From: Rebecca billardiae RCC1528
Taxonomy: Eukaryota; Protista; Haptophyta
Length of the DNA stretch: 64,000 bases
Direction of reading: 5' to 3'
Assembly: GCA_965240325.2 (NCBI GenBank)
Contig: OZ251233.1
Coordinates: 992,001 to 1,056,000 of the forward strand
Below, one piece after another: positions 1 through 13,000 of the stretch. A program made the position numbers and the translations under genes. The stretch's first letter is position 1, and each line of letters begins with the position of its first letter. Below the pieces are notes generated by a model that did not search any database, was not told where the DNA came from, and saw nothing but the letters and a program-made list of their open reading frames with translations.

Positions 1-769
1 GCGCGGGCCGAGAGTGCCGGCACGGAACAGATCGATGGATTCGGGCGGTTGGCGCGCCTGCTCTGAAGAAGAGTTCTGGGAGACCCTGGCGGAGAGGCAT
101 GACAAGGGGGGCGTGTGGTGAAGTCGGAGACTCAGAGATCGATCAGTCCGGCATCAGTCAGGCGCCGCTGCCCCCGAGCTTGCGACAGCCCGAACAAAGG
201 GCGGCGGCTGCGCTGACGCGCGGCCCCGGCCGCGCAGGCATCGACAGGGCGGCAGGGGCGCGCGGAGTGACTAGTGAGCGGGGCACGAACACGATGTCGA
301 CGGCCGTCGGGACCCGCCGCAGACGCGCGCTCCAGGCGCCACTGGCCGCGCGCACCTGCCCATCGCCCGCCCTTGCTTGGAGGCGAGAGTCGCGCGGCGC
401 TGGCACCTCCGCCAACGGGCTCCGCAAACCTGCTGCCTTGCGACGACGGCGAGTTTTGATTGAGGCTCGCCAGCTCGGTGCGTCGATCAGTGACTTTGAA
501 ATGGGCTGGCGACGAATAGCTGCGGGTATTTTTTCAATGTCTCGCAGTATTGGAGTTGGTGAGAGTCGTTCTTGCGGCGGCGAGGCCCATATTTATTTAC
601 TATGGTCACACATGAACGACTGAGTCCACCCGTAATTACTCACCCTCGCACACTTGGGCGTGGGTTTCGTTGATTCCTCTGTTCACTATTCAAGACGGCG
701 GACGCGCCCTTTTTCGACGAGGATGCACCTGTAAGGGAGTCTCAAAATTCGAAACTCGGTCTCCTCCAG

Positions 770-883
770 CCCTGAAAATCGTCCCCCGTCCCTTTTTTCT
801 TTGATCAAAGATCTTTTTGAAACGTGGTTCGGGCCCGCTGGTGCGGGCTCCACGCTGCGCGCTTCGCCCTGCACCGCGGGCCA
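770..883 (-). mobile_element. 5' end of Helentron-like family A element (copy A3; body presumably extends toward the left window edge)
   Basis: Close match to 15840-15955 and to the reverse complement of 28294-28405, including the subterminal IR GGCCCGCGGTGCA (870-882, minus strand). Confidence 0.7.
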
Positions 884-1042
884 GCATGACCACTAATACT
901 AACGGTGGCGGGCCCCGAGCCTCGGCGTGAGCGGTCATTCACTCATATTGCCGCCTAATTGTTGGCGGCACCGCTCACTCCACGCCAGTGAGTCACTGCT
1001 CAGCCGATCATCGACCAGTTATTCGATCGGTCTGGAAACTCT

Positions 1043-1110
1043 TGATATATATATATCTATATATAGATAGATATATATAGATAGATAGATAGATAGATAT
1101 AATATACATA
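1043..1110. repeat. (TA)n/(GATA)n microsatellite
   Basis: Read directly from the sequence. Confidence 0.95.
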
Positions 1111-2495
1111 CTACGGGGCGCTCTGAGTGGTCCAACGAGCAAACATCGTTCGCAAGTTTCGCGGAACTTCCAAAGGAAGTGGAACTTCGCTTCACCCCCC
1201 GTCCGCCGCCTGAACGCGCCGCGCGCGAGCGCGTGCGTCACGATGCTGCCGGCGCGAGCCGCCAGGTGGGGGCGCGTCATCCCTGGCATGGACTGGCTCG
1301 CCTCCTGAGCGCGGTCGAGCTCTCCAATCGAGACTCACCACCCTGCACACTCGACCCGACCGACGCCGGCGTTGATCCAGAGTCGGCGGCACGGGCCTGG
1401 TATGCGCACGCGCGTACCGCCGAGTGCGGGGATGATTTGCGCAAAGCAGCCAGGTGGGATTGCGCCACGACTCACATTCTGTCTGCTCCTCCGCCCGCTC
1501 CCTCTTCCCGCGCGCGGATCGCGCGTGCGCAGCAGGATTGTGTTGGCAAGGCTCTCGGGCAGCCGCCTGGACTGCAACCGGGTGCCTCGCGGGCGTGGTC
1601 GGCGACAGTCGAAGCCGTCTGGCGGCGCGCGCGGCGTGCGCGGTGAGTGGCCAGTACCTGGTCTTCGCACCCACCGCGCGCGTCGGTCTCCAACGCCTTC
1701 CTTCAGTCCCAACACGGGGGCCGTTTGCTGAGCACGTGTCGTCGTCTCTGGGCGCCGCTACGTGCTGCTCTTTGAGCACGCGCTCTGGCCGAACGCGAGG
1801 GTGCGCATCCTCGCGCGCGCGCCACGCGATTCAATACCGCATATGCCACCTCCGCACGCGCGCGTATCACCCTCACCGTCCCGCACGCTCCGCTCGGCAA
1901 CGCGTCGCGTGCGCAGGCTCGCATTCAGTTGGTCGGCTCAGCTCATTCTCTGCGCGCATGCGACGAGAAGGCCCTCAGCCGCGCACGTTGTTGCCTTCTC
2001 GATGTCGCCCAGCCATGGCGAGTGCGCGCAGCAGCACACCGACCATCTCGAACCTGTTCACACCAGCACGCGCGCGCGCGCTCGGGCCGTCGCTGCACTG
2101 TTTCGGCTGTCTCGAAAGGGCTGCCTGAGCTGCGCAGAGCGGCGGCTGGCGCGCAGACCCTGGTGGCGTTGTCCGCCCTGGTCGTCGGCACGCGTGCTGC
2201 CGAACGAACCCAACAAACGCGGCGCCTGCAGCACGTCTGGATCGGCGTCACGGAGCCATTTGCGGATGGCCGGTTTGGCAGTCGTGCCCGGCGCTGCGCA
2301 CCGACCCCGAACGGAGGCCCGCGGGACCCAAAATCAGGGTCCGACGCACGGTTGGGGGGCAGGGACCTGGCTCAGACCACGAGTCCGAGCCCGCCCGAGG
2401 TAGCCAGTGACGTCCGACGCGTCAGGCTGCGCCTGACGCGCGATTACAGCGTTTTAGCTAAGTTTGCTCGGTCCGTCAGTGGGGCCGCCCCGTAG
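1111..2495. mobile_element. Non-autonomous TA-flanked TIR element (Tc1/mariner-like MITE, ~1.4 kb)
   Basis: Both ends read CTACGGGGCG-N15-CGAGCAAAC in inverted orientation and in register. TA lies on both outer sides (1109-1110, 2496-2497). No transposase ORF. Confidence 0.7.
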
Positions 2496-3843
2496 TACAT
2501 ATGACCGCGTTCCGCGGTCCTTCCGTAGAACCAACGCAGTTAGGGGCCCGCGGTGCACCCTCCGTCGGCTGCTCGGCTGCTCAATGTCGTATGAAGATTT
2601 ATAATGGGCCAGGCCCAGTGGCAGTGGCAGTCTGCGAGACGCGTCACGCAAGTTGGCAGTCCAGCTTGCCCGCCGCGTGCGCCGCGGCCGCGATCTCGTC
2701 GCCGTCCATGTCCTCGAACAGCTTGGCGGCGTTGGCGATGCGTCGGGACTTGGCGCGCTCGTCCGATTTGTTCATCGCACCCGCCGCCGCGGCGCCGCCC
2801 TCGTCCCGCTGCTTGCGCTTGCCGAGGCGGTTGGAGTTGCCGCGCATCGACCGCGAGCGCGCCGCGTGCGCGCATGCGCCGCCGCCCCGGTGCGCTCCGC
2901 TGCCAGCGCCTTGCGTACCTTACGGCGCCGAAAACGGATCCGGCGCTCAGCGTTGCGCAGCGCGCGTGTGTCCTGGTCGCACGCCTCGCACACGAGCAGC
3001 AGCGCCAGCGCCATCTGCGCGTCCTCGTCGACCTCGGCCGAGTGCAGCGTCACGGGCGCGCCGCCCGCGCGTGCCGCCATCTCCTCGCGCTGCAGCTGCT
3101 CTGCGATGGCGCGGTCGCTGCGCAGCTGCTCGGCCAGCGGGTCGGGCGCGGCGGAGCGCTGCTCGCGCAGGCGGAGCGCGGCGGCGGACGTACTCCTCCA
3201 GCGCGGCCTACTCGTCGTTCAGCGGCGCGCCGGGCCGGCAGCGCGCCCGTGATCGCCGACCGCGTCCGACCGAGAGCCGCGCGCGGCCATGTGTGCGCGC
3301 AGCTCCGCCGTCTCCTCCTACGAGATCATGCCTGCGCGGCGGCGGCGGCGGCGCGGCCGGGGTAGCGCATGCGCGAGGTGCGTCAACAGTCAGCGCCGTA
3401 CGGCTGGTCGGCGCGCCACGTGCCCGTCGCGCGCGCACGCGCGCGCGCGCGCCGCGCACAGACTCTCCTGGATGCGCTGATGCACCTGGCCCGAGAGCAG
3501 CGGGTTGTTGCAGCTCGGGCAGAACGCCCGCACCGCCATCTGCGGCGCCAGCACCTGCTCCTTCGCGTCGCGCAGTGTCGCAGTCGTCACGCGGCCTGCG
3601 GTCCGCGCGTGCACGCGGTCGCGGTAGAGTTTCGCCCGGTGTCGTTTCAGAACGGCCCGATGTCGTGCGTCCCCAAGCGCATCAACGCGTTCCGCATGCC
3701 GAGCCGGTTCGCGTGCGCGTCCAGGAATCAGGATTTCTGATCTGTCTTGCGCGACAAGTGCGCGCGCGCCCGCGCCCCCGCGTTTGACTGCGGTCGAGGC
3801 GGTGACAGCTCAGGCAGGCGAGATCCAGACTCCAGTACTACTT

Positions 3844-4306
3844 TGGGGCGATGGCCGACGCGACGGGAGTGGTGGGTTTGGCAGTCCGCGGCGGTTATCG
3901 CGTTATGACTGCCGCGTCGCTGCTCCGCCGCCGCCCGTGCCCCTCCCCGCTAGGTGGGCGTATACCTGGCCGGACGCGGGCTCGGCGCTCGCAGCGGCAT
4001 CGCCGGAGTGACCGCACGGTGACGAGATGTGAGTCGGAAGCAGCTCGCCTTTGCGGCGCGGGTACCAAGCGGAAAGTGAGCGTACCTGCAGGAGGGCCGA
4101 CCCTCGGCGTGACAGGCGCACCTTCGGGGCCGGTCAGGGCAGCCCACGTCGTGCAGCCGACCGCTTCCGCCGCGACTGCCCCCCGGCGCACCCTGCCCCG
4201 GCCGACGCCTGAGCACAGCGGCCCCGCCCGGGCCCGGGGCCCCCGGGCGGCAGGCCGCGGCGGCGCCGGCACACTCACGGACAGCCAGCGGCGCTCCTCC
4301 GCCTCC
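3844..4306 (+). repeat. ~460-bp direct repeat, copy 1 (copy 2 at 7793-8255)
   Basis: Apparently identical from TGGGGCGATGGCC to CTCCGCCTCC; the ORF track gives identical translations at both loci. Confidence 0.95.
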
Positions 4307-4339
4307 TTCGCTCCCCGTTCCTCGTTGTCCCCCCCTGGC

Positions 4340-5160
4340 GTGGTGCGCGTGCATCACGCTCGAACTCTCACGATGCTGCTTCGGCGTCCTTCTGCGGCGG
4401 CATCCGACGGTCGTGCGCACTGCGAGGCGGAGCGCGAGGTGCTGGGCACTGCCGTCCGTCGTGCTCCCTCCTCCTCATGGCCCACTGCTTTACTCGAGGG
4501 GAACGCTCAGCGCCTTCTGCTTCTCTCATCCGCTCGTGCGCGACCACGCTTGTGCTGGGTGTCCTTCTGAGGCGTCCGGTGGCCGGGCGCACATCGGGGA
4601 CGCACATCGGGGTGGTAAGTGAGGTGCCGGTGCGCTGCCGTCCGTCGTGCGCGCTCCTCGCTCATCTCCACCTGCTTCGCTCGAGCGTGGGCGCGCTCGG
4701 CGCTGTCTGCCTCGCTCGCGCGCGAGCGCATTTTGGCGCTGGACGAGACTCGTGCGCATCCATGCTGCTTCTGCGTCCATCGGCAGCGTCCGGCGGCTGG
4801 GCGCACGGCGGGGCGGCGCCAGCGGGCGTGTGTCGGGCACGCTCCACGCTCCTCACCAGCTGCTGCGCGCTCGCGGGGGCGTACTCAACAACACGCTCCT
4901 CACCAGCTGCTGCGCGCTCGCGGGGGCGCGCTCAACAACACCTTCTGCCCTTTGTCCGAGCTGGAGCGCATGTCGGCGGCGCGGGCAGTGAGCGCACACA
5001 TGCTACTTCGGCGTCCCGTTCTCGGCCATCTGTTGGGCGGCCGGCGGGGCGGCGCGTGAGGTGTCGTTGCGCTGTCGTCCGTCGGGCACACTCGTCGCTC
5101 ATCACCTTCTACTTCGCTTGAGCGGAACCGCGCGCTTCATCACCTTCGATCTGCCCCCCG
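4340..5160. repeat. Degenerate ~200-bp interspersed/tandem repeats
   Basis: A GAGGTG...GCCGTCCGTCG...CTCAT...CTTCGCTCGAGCG block recurs near 4436, 4621 and 5058. Related fragments occur near 6630 and 6825. Confidence 0.7.
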
Positions 5161-5332
5161 CTCGAGCGAGCGCGCTTCTTCGGCGCGGGCCCCTCGGGGC
5201 GCAACAGCGGAGCCGCGCGCGCTCCGCGTGTTCGCGCTCGCCGCACGCCGCTGCCGCGCTGCAAGCACGCCGCCGCCACTCGCCGCCGCACGACTCACCC
5301 TTCTCTACAGCTCGCCGTCGCTCACTCGCGCG

Positions 5333-5410
5333 TCTATCTGTCTATCTATCTGTCTATCTATCTGTCTATCTGTCTATCTGTCTATCTGTCTATCTGTCTA
5401 TCTGTCTATC
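5333..5410. repeat. (TCTA/TCTG)n microsatellite
   Basis: Read directly from the sequence. Confidence 0.95.
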
Positions 5411-5454
5411 CCTCGCGCGCGCGCCGATCATCATGCGCCGATCATCGTGTGCGC

Positions 5455-6075
5455 ACCCTATCTTCTCCGCGCGTCACTTGCGCCTATCTCATCTCCGCGC
5501 GTTACTTGCGCCTACTATCTACTTCTCCGCGCGTTACTTGCGCCTGTCTCCGCGCGTCACTTGCGCCTATCTACTTCTCCGCGCGTTACTTGCGCCTACT
5601 ATATCTACTTCCCCACGCGTTACTTGCGCCTGTCTCCGCGCGTCACTTGCGCCTATACCTCCTCCGCGCGTTACTTGCGCCTATACTATCTACTTCTCCG
5701 CGCGTTACTTGCGCCTGTCTCCGCGCTACTTGCGCCTACTATATCTTCTCCGCGCGTTTACTTGCGCCTATCTTCTCCGCGCGTTACTTGCGCCTGTCTC
5801 CGCGCGTTACTTGCGCCTACTATATCTTCTCCGCGCGTTACTTGCGCCTATCTTCTCCGCGCGTTACTTGCGCCTGTCTCCGCGCGTTACTTGCGCCTAC
5901 TATATCTTCTCCGCGCGTTTACTTGCGCCTATCTTCTCCGCGCGTTACTTGCGCCTGTCTCCGCGCGTTACTTGCGCCTACTATATCTTCTCCGCGCGTT
6001 ACTTGCGCCTATCTTCTCCGCGCGTTACTTGCGCCTATCTCCTCCGCGCGTTACTTGCGCCTATGTCCTCCGCGC
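5455..6075. repeat. Minisatellite, ~22 copies of CTCCGCGCGTTACTTGCGCCT with short reused linkers
   Basis: Read directly. The long overlapping ORFs here are repeat translations. Confidence 0.95.
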
Positions 6076-6129
6076 CTATCGTCTCCGCGCGCATCTTCTC
6101 CGCGCGTCACTCGCACCTGTCTTCTCATG

Positions 6130-7260
6130 CGCGCGCGCCGATCATCATCATGTGCGCGCGCCGATCATCACTTCGTGCTCAGCGTAACCATCGCATCATC
6201 ATCCGGGTGCCGAGCGTGCCATCATCGCACACACCTTTCGGCGCGCTTACATGGGCGTACGTGGTGTCTGTGGCCGGGGCGTGGGGGACGACGTCGTCGG
6301 CGGGCTGGCGTTGATACCCGCGCGCGCCGATCATCATTCGTGCTCCGCGCAACCATCATCATCATTCGGGTGCCGAGTGCGCCATCCTCGCGCGCACCTT
6401 TCGGCGCGCTTACATGGGTGTACGTGGTGTCTGTGGCCGGGGTGTCGGGGACGACGTTGTCGGCGGGCCGGCGTTGATACCTGCGCCGCGTGGCGGCTCT
6501 GGCGGATGCAGCTCTCGCCGGTCGGCTGCCACTGCAGCGGGGCGCGCGCGCTGCTGGGCGTTTTCGGGCGCGAAAAGCGACGTGGCCCGCTGGCCACCTG
6601 CGGCGCTTTCACCTGGCCTTGGTCTTCCTCGCTCGTCACCTTCTGCGTCGCTCGAGCGCGCACGCGCTCATCGTCGTCAATCACCTCCTGTCTATCGCTC
6701 GAACCGCTGCTTTCCGTTCCGTTCCGTTTCTACGCGCGTTCCTTTCCTCACGCCGAGCGTGCCTGGCCCTTCCCGCCACGCGCCACGCGTTCCTCTCCCA
6801 TTCCTGTGCCATCTTCCTCACTCATCACCTCCTGCTTCGCTCGAGCGCTCGAACGTGGTCGCGTTCATCGTCAATCGCCTTGTGCCTCTCGCGCGAGCCG
6901 TTGCGGCGAATTCGTCACGCGCGCGCATGGTCATGCGCGCGCGCCGATCATCGCGTGACGATCATCATGCGCGCGCACCGACCAGCGCCGATCATCATGC
7001 GCGCGCGCCGTCATGCGCGCGCGCCGAGTATCATGCGCCGTTTATCATGCGCGCGCTCCGATCCGCCCGCGCGTGCACCGCTCATCGTGCGCGCGCACCG
7101 ATCGTCATTCGTGCGCCGCACGGCCATCACCATTCGCGCACCGTGCGCGTCACCTCGCACGCCCCTTTTCGGCGCGCTTTCACGGGCGCTCGTGCGGTCT
7201 GCAGGCGCGTGGTTGACGACGTTGTCGGCAAGCCGACGTCGATACCTGCGCCTCATGTCG
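6130..7260. repeat. ~175-bp tandem copies (6135-6315, 6320-6490, diverged 7100-7260) plus ATCATCATGCGCGCGC low-complexity repeats
   Basis: Recurring CACCTTTCGGCGCGCTTACATGGG...ACGACGT.GTCGGC...GATACC blocks. Confidence 0.8.
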
Positions 7261-7792
7261 GCTCGGGTGTGTTCCGCGACGGCTCGGGCGCATGCGCTCT
7301 CGCCGGCCGGCGGCGGCGGCGGCGGTGCGCGCGTGCTGCTGGGCGGTTTCGTCGGGCAAGTGGACGGCGTGGCCTGCGGGTCACCTGCAGCGCTTCGCCT
7401 GGCCTGTGCCGGCGCGCGACGACGGGCGGGTTACGCCAGTGGTCCTGTGGTCCGCCGGTCGCTGCGGGCTCTCGGCGACCTCTGGCAGGGGCTGAGCGCT
7501 GGGGGGGAGGGGGGGGGGGCACCCAGTCCGCCGCTCCGCGGCCTCACACCGGCGGCGTGCGGCGTGGTGGTGGGCAGGGCGCTGCGCCTCTGGGGGTCGG
7601 GGCCGGGCCTGGCCTCGGCCGCGCCGGCCGACGCCGGCCACGCCGGCGTGGCGCCTGGCGCTGCGCCTCTTTGGGCGGGCGCTGCCTCGCCGCCCTGCCC
7701 CCCCCCGTGGCGACTGGCGGCCCCAGGCAACCCCTGCATCCGCCTATCGTAAACACCGGATCGCCAGAAGGAGCGCGACGCGCGCGCGGTTA

Positions 7793-8255
7793 TGGGGCGA
7801 TGGCCGACGCGACGGGAGTGGTGGGTTTGGCAGTCCGCGGCGGTTATCGCGTTATGACTGCCGCGTCGCTGCTCCGCCGCCGCCCGTGCCCCTCCCCGCT
7901 AGGTGGGCGTATACCTGGCCGGACGCGGGCTCGGCGCTCGCAGCGGCATCGCCGGAGTGACCGCACGGTGACGAGATGTGAGTCGGAAGCAGCTCGCCTT
8001 TGCGGCGCGGGTACCAAGCGGAAAGTGAGCGTACCTGCAGGAGGGCCGACCCTCGGCGTGACAGGCGCACCTTCGGGGCCGGTCAGGGCAGCCCACGTCG
8101 TGCAGCCGACCGCTTCCGCCGCGACTGCCCCCCGGCGCACCCTGCCCCGGCCGACGCCTGAGCACAGCGGCCCCGCCCGGGCCCGGGGCCCCCGGGCGGC
8201 AGGCCGCGGCGGCGCCGGCACACTCACGGACAGCCAGCGGCGCTCCTCCGCCTCC
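7793..8255 (+). repeat. ~460-bp direct repeat, copy 2
   Basis: Matches 3844-4306. It is bracketed by a second ~52-bp direct repeat at 7673-7724 and 8339-8390. Confidence 0.95.
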
Positions 8256-8418
8256 CGCCCGCCCTCCCTGGCGTGGGATCGCCGCGCTGGGGTGGGTGCG
8301 GCTTGAGTCAGCGTCCACGGGGGGGGCGATGTGCTGCCGGGCGGGCGCTGCCTCGCCGCCCTGCCCCCCCCCGTGGCGACTGGCGGCCCCGCGCCGCAGA
8401 AGAGTCACTACAAAAAGT

Positions 8419-10040
8419 CTCCGCCAGCGGAGCATCCGGGCAAGGGGCCCAGACCCTCCGCCGGCGGAGATTTTTGTGGCCACGAAAAATCCCCGCTGGC
8501 GGAGCATGGAATGCTCCGCTGGCGGAGCCTGGGCTTGCAGGAATGACACAACAAACGTACTAGTTATGGTATCAGAAGTCTGTCAACCACCGAACAGCAG
8601 TCACCTCCGCTGGCGGAGCTCGCTAATGAGCCATGCCTTTTGTAAACTAATACACTCGGCACTTGAACTGAGCTCCGCTGGCGGAGCTTCGGGGGCGCCG
8701 AATGCCATTCTTGATGACCCACCTGACTTGAACTGAGCTCCGCTGGCGGAGCGTCGGTGGTCAGCGCCGTGTGTCATATCGGAGAAATAATGCTAAGCCT
8801 TTCAACGCATTCATACTCTGCTGTGCCACACATTCAACCTCCGCTGGCGGAGCTCACTGGCCTATTCGACTTGAACTGAGCTCCACTGGTGGAGCCTCGG
8901 CTGCGCCGAATGTCCTTAATCGATGACCCACTCTCGACTTGAGCTGAGCTCCCCTGGCGGAGCTTTGGTGGCGCCGCATGTCATATTGGAGTAACGCGGA
9001 AGCGTCAACCGTAGTCATATCTATATTGAGACTCAACCTCCGCTGGCGGAGCTCGCGGACCTACTAGTATTCAACTTTAACTGAGCTCCGCTGGCGGAGC
9101 CTCGGCTGTGTCGAATGTCCTTATCGATGGCCGACGTCTTGACTTGAGCTGAGCTCCGCTGGCGGAGCTTTGGTGGCGCCGCATGCCATTTATGGGAATA
9201 ATGTGAAGCCGTTAACCATAATCATATCCATATTGACACTCAACCTCCGCTGGCGGAGCTCACGGACCTATTCGACTTGAGCTGAGCTCCACTGGCGGAG
9301 CTTTGGTGGCGCCGCATATCATATTGGAGTAATGCGAAGCCGTCAACCGTAATCATACGTATCCATATTGATACTCAACCTCCGCTGGCGGAGCTCACTG
9401 GCCTATTCGACTTGAACTGAGCTCCGCTGGCGGAGCCTCGGCTCCGCCGAATGTCCTTATCGATGGCCCACGTCTTGACTTGAGCTGAGCTCCGCTGGCG
9501 GAGCTTTGGTGGCGCCGCATGTCATATTGGAGTAATGCAAAGCCATTAACTACCGTAATCATATCCATATTGACACTCAACCTCCGCTGGCGGAGCTCGC
9601 GGGCCTATTCAACTTGAACTGAGCTCCGCTGGCGGAGCCTCGGCTGCGCCGAATGTCCTTATCGATGGCCCGCTTGACTTGAGCTGAGCTCCGCTGGCGG
9701 AGCTTTGGTGGCGCCGCATGTCATATTGGAGTAATGCAAAGCCGTTAACTACCGTAATCATATCCATATTGACACTCAACCTCCGCTGGCGGAGCTCGCG
9801 GGCCTATTCAACTTGAACTGAGCTCCGCTGGCGGAGCCTCGGCTGCGCCGAATGTCCTTATCGATGGCCCACGACTTGACTTGAGCTGAGCTCCGCTGGC
9901 GGAGCTTTGGTGGCGCCGAATGTCATATTGGAGTAATGCGAAGTCGTTAACCGTAATACTATCCATATTGACACTCAACCTCCGCTGGCGGAGCTCACGG
10001 GCCTATTCAACTTGAACTGAGCTCCGCTGGCGGAGCCTCT
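8419..10040 (+). repeat. Subterminal array of ~26 quasi-palindromic CTCCGC-TG-GCGGAG motifs in ~195-200-bp higher-order units (left arm)
   Basis: Counted by eye. Each unit has three motifs separated by reused ~30-75-bp linkers. Confidence 0.9.
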
Positions 10041-13000
10041 GCTTGTGGTTTGCTGCAATTGGGGCTGGGCAGCCTGGGCTCAGCATGGGGCAGCTGTTCA
10101 CAGCCCAGGCGGGGCGTCACCGCCTGTGAGCCGTCGGTGGGCAGGGCCGACGGCGTCGCAGAGCTCATGCGTGGGAGCAGCGCGTCGAGGAAGCGATCAA
10201 GGTCGAGAAGGAAGGGGCAAGCAGCAGGGGCTGCCTGTACGTTTGTACATGCCTCCACACCGGTGCACATCACCCTTGCTCACTGCAGTCGTGAACAGTG
10301 CTGCCACTCATCTCATCATCGCTCACCATGCAGTGACGGCCGAGCTGCGGCGAACTCTCACAGGCACCGAACACGCATCGGCTGTGCCCGCTGGTGCTGG
10401 TATGCGCTGTCCTCTACTTGCTGTCGGACAGCAAGGAGACGGCACAGCCGCATCTGCGAGCGGGCGAGGTGATGCTGTCCAGTGTCCTCTGCTCAGCGAG
10501 GCTGAGAGGCTGAGCACGGATCACGGATAGTGAGCCCTGGTATCTCAACGCATCCAGGAGAGCAGTTGGTGCATGCCTGTGCTCAGACGTGCAGGACCAA
10601 CCATCCGGTGCTGATTCAAGCACCCGCGCCAACAGCGGCGGCACTCAACTCCACGCTGCTGATGCGGCCGCACAGCTGCAGGGATGGTACCACGGCGGGC
10701 GACGGCGGGCGCTGCAGCTGGCAGCTCGGTGGTGCCTGCCCGAGGGGCCTGGGCGCCGGGCGCACCGAGCGCGATGACGCCTCTCGCATCGCCTAGCGCG
10801 CTGGAGCCGCTGTCATCCGATGCTGCTGTGCCCGCGCCCAGCTTGGGCTGCAGCAGCTGCGCTCGACTCCGCGCCGAGTGCGGCGGCAGCAGCGGGGATG
10901 GTGCCACCGCGGGCTGCGGCAGGCGCTGCGGCTGGCAGCTCGGTGGTGCGCGCCCGATGGGCCTGGGCGCTGGGCACAGCGAGCGCGGTGACGCTGCTCG
11001 CCTCGCCCAGCGCGCTGGAGCCGCTGCCATCGCGCGCTGCGCTGCCCGCGCCCAGCTTGGGCTGCCGCAGCTGCACTCAACTCCTCGCCGAGTGCGGCGG
11101 CAGCAGCAGGGATGGTACCACGCGGGCGGCGGCTATCACTTTGGCTGGCAGCTCGGTGGTGCCTGCCCGAGGGGCCTGGGCGGTGGACGCACCGAGCGCG
11201 ATGACGTTGCTCGCCTCGCCCAGCGCGCTGGAGCCGCTGCCATCCGGCGCTGCGGTGTCCGCGGCTCCGCGCCCCGCCGGGGCAGCTAGCTGTCACAGCT
11301 GGCAGCTGCGCTCGACTCCGCGCCAGTGGGAGGGATGATGCCTCGGCGGGTGGTGGCGGTCGATGCAGCTGGCAGCTCGGTGGTGCGCGCCCGAGGGGCG
11401 TGACCGGCCTAGGCAGCAGCAGCTGCGCTGGACTCCGCGCCGATTGTGGCTGCAGCAGCAGGGAAGGCGCCACTGGCTGCGGCGGAGGTGGATGCAGCGA
11501 TCAGCTCGGTTGTGTGCGCGCGAGGGGCCTGGGCGGCAGACGCGCCCAATGCGGTGACGCCGATGCACGCGTCCGATATGCTGGCCAGCAGCAGCCGTTG
11601 TGACACTTCTTCCGCCGGCTGACGGCAGCAGGCGGTACCATCGGTCACATTGGTGAATTCGAATCGGGGAGAACCCGGCAGGCCTCAGCCCCGGACACTG
11701 CTGCCTGCCAATGACCTGTGAGGGCCGCAGGCCTTCCGGGGCACGGGGGCCGCTGCGGTCAGCTCTTTGAGCTAGCCCGGCGCCGGGCGCGCGAACAAGT
11801 ACGGCCCGGCGTCGGTGAGGCCGAGCAAGGCGCGCCGAAGTGCCGCGGCCCAGATCTCAGCGCACGCATCATCAGTACTACGACATCACTGCGCCGCGGA
11901 TATGCATCAGATAGCGCGACTGATGATGATGATGCGCCGCGCGCTCCCCGCTGACCGGAGCCCGACTACGAGTAGCAGGCGCGCATGATCTGAGCTGAGT
12001 ACGTAAGTAGCCCGTGTCATCCAGTGGCGGTGTCACACTTATGTGACTCAGGAGTCGGAGGAGTCGTTATCGTCATATCGTCATCATCATCATGAAGACG
12101 CGCAATAAAACGGTCATCAGGCGGACCTGCGCTACCATACGCCGTCAATGTAATGCTGAGGGCGAGGCCGGCAGCGTAGTCGTAACCTACTACTACTACG
12201 TACAGAAAAAAGTATAGCGCCATCATAAGAAGAGTAGCTGCGTGTGACTCGTCACCGCGTTCTCAAAACTCCTGCGCTGCTGATCGGGACTCGGACGTAC
12301 GCCGTCTTAAGCCTATATACCGGCGTGCGGTCGCAAGTCAATTCACGCGGCCCCTGCGACTCAGCGGCTCACTCACCTGGCTCATACGCAGCAACCGAGC
12401 AGTCACGGAGATCTGAGCAGCAGCTGTTAATTACCAGCCTGCTGCTGCTGCTGCCTGCGGCCGCACGCGGCGTGGAGTCGAGCGCACAGTCCGCAGCTGC
12501 CCGAACGGTTCAGCAGCATCAAATGGCAGCGGCTCGAGCGTGATAGGGGAAGCGAGGGGCGTCAGCTCGCTCGGCGCGTCCGTCGCCCAGGCCCCTTGGG
12601 CAGGCACCGTCGAGCTACCAGCTGCAGCGACTGCCGCCGCTCGCCGTGGTACAATCCCTGCTGCTGCCGCCGCACGGGTGCGGAGTCGAGCGCACCTCGT
12701 GCTGCTCCGGCTGGGCGCGGACACCGCAGCGCCGGATGGCAAACGGCTCCAGCGCGCTGGGCGAGGCGAGCAACGTCATCGCGCTCGGTGCGTCCACCGC
12801 CCAGGCCCCTCGGGCAGGCACCACCGAGCTGCCAGCCAAAGTGATAGCCGCCGCCCGACGTGGCAACATCCCTGCTGCCACCGCACTCGGCGCGGAGTCG
12901 AGCGCAGCTGCGGCAGCCCACGCTCGACGCGGGCACAGCAGCGCCCGGTGGCAGCGGCTCCAGCGCGCTGGGCGAGGCGAGCAACGTCACCGCGCTCGCT

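Noticed and set aside
5455-6075. CRISPR array or repeat-protein gene
   Set aside because: Linkers are only ~2-13 nt and reused, and all three frames are open. It is a minisatellite.
8419-10040. CRISPR-like array of palindromic repeats
   Set aside because: The linkers are themselves repeated in a 3-unit cycle, there are no cas genes, and the array is subterminal to CACTA ends in a eukaryote.
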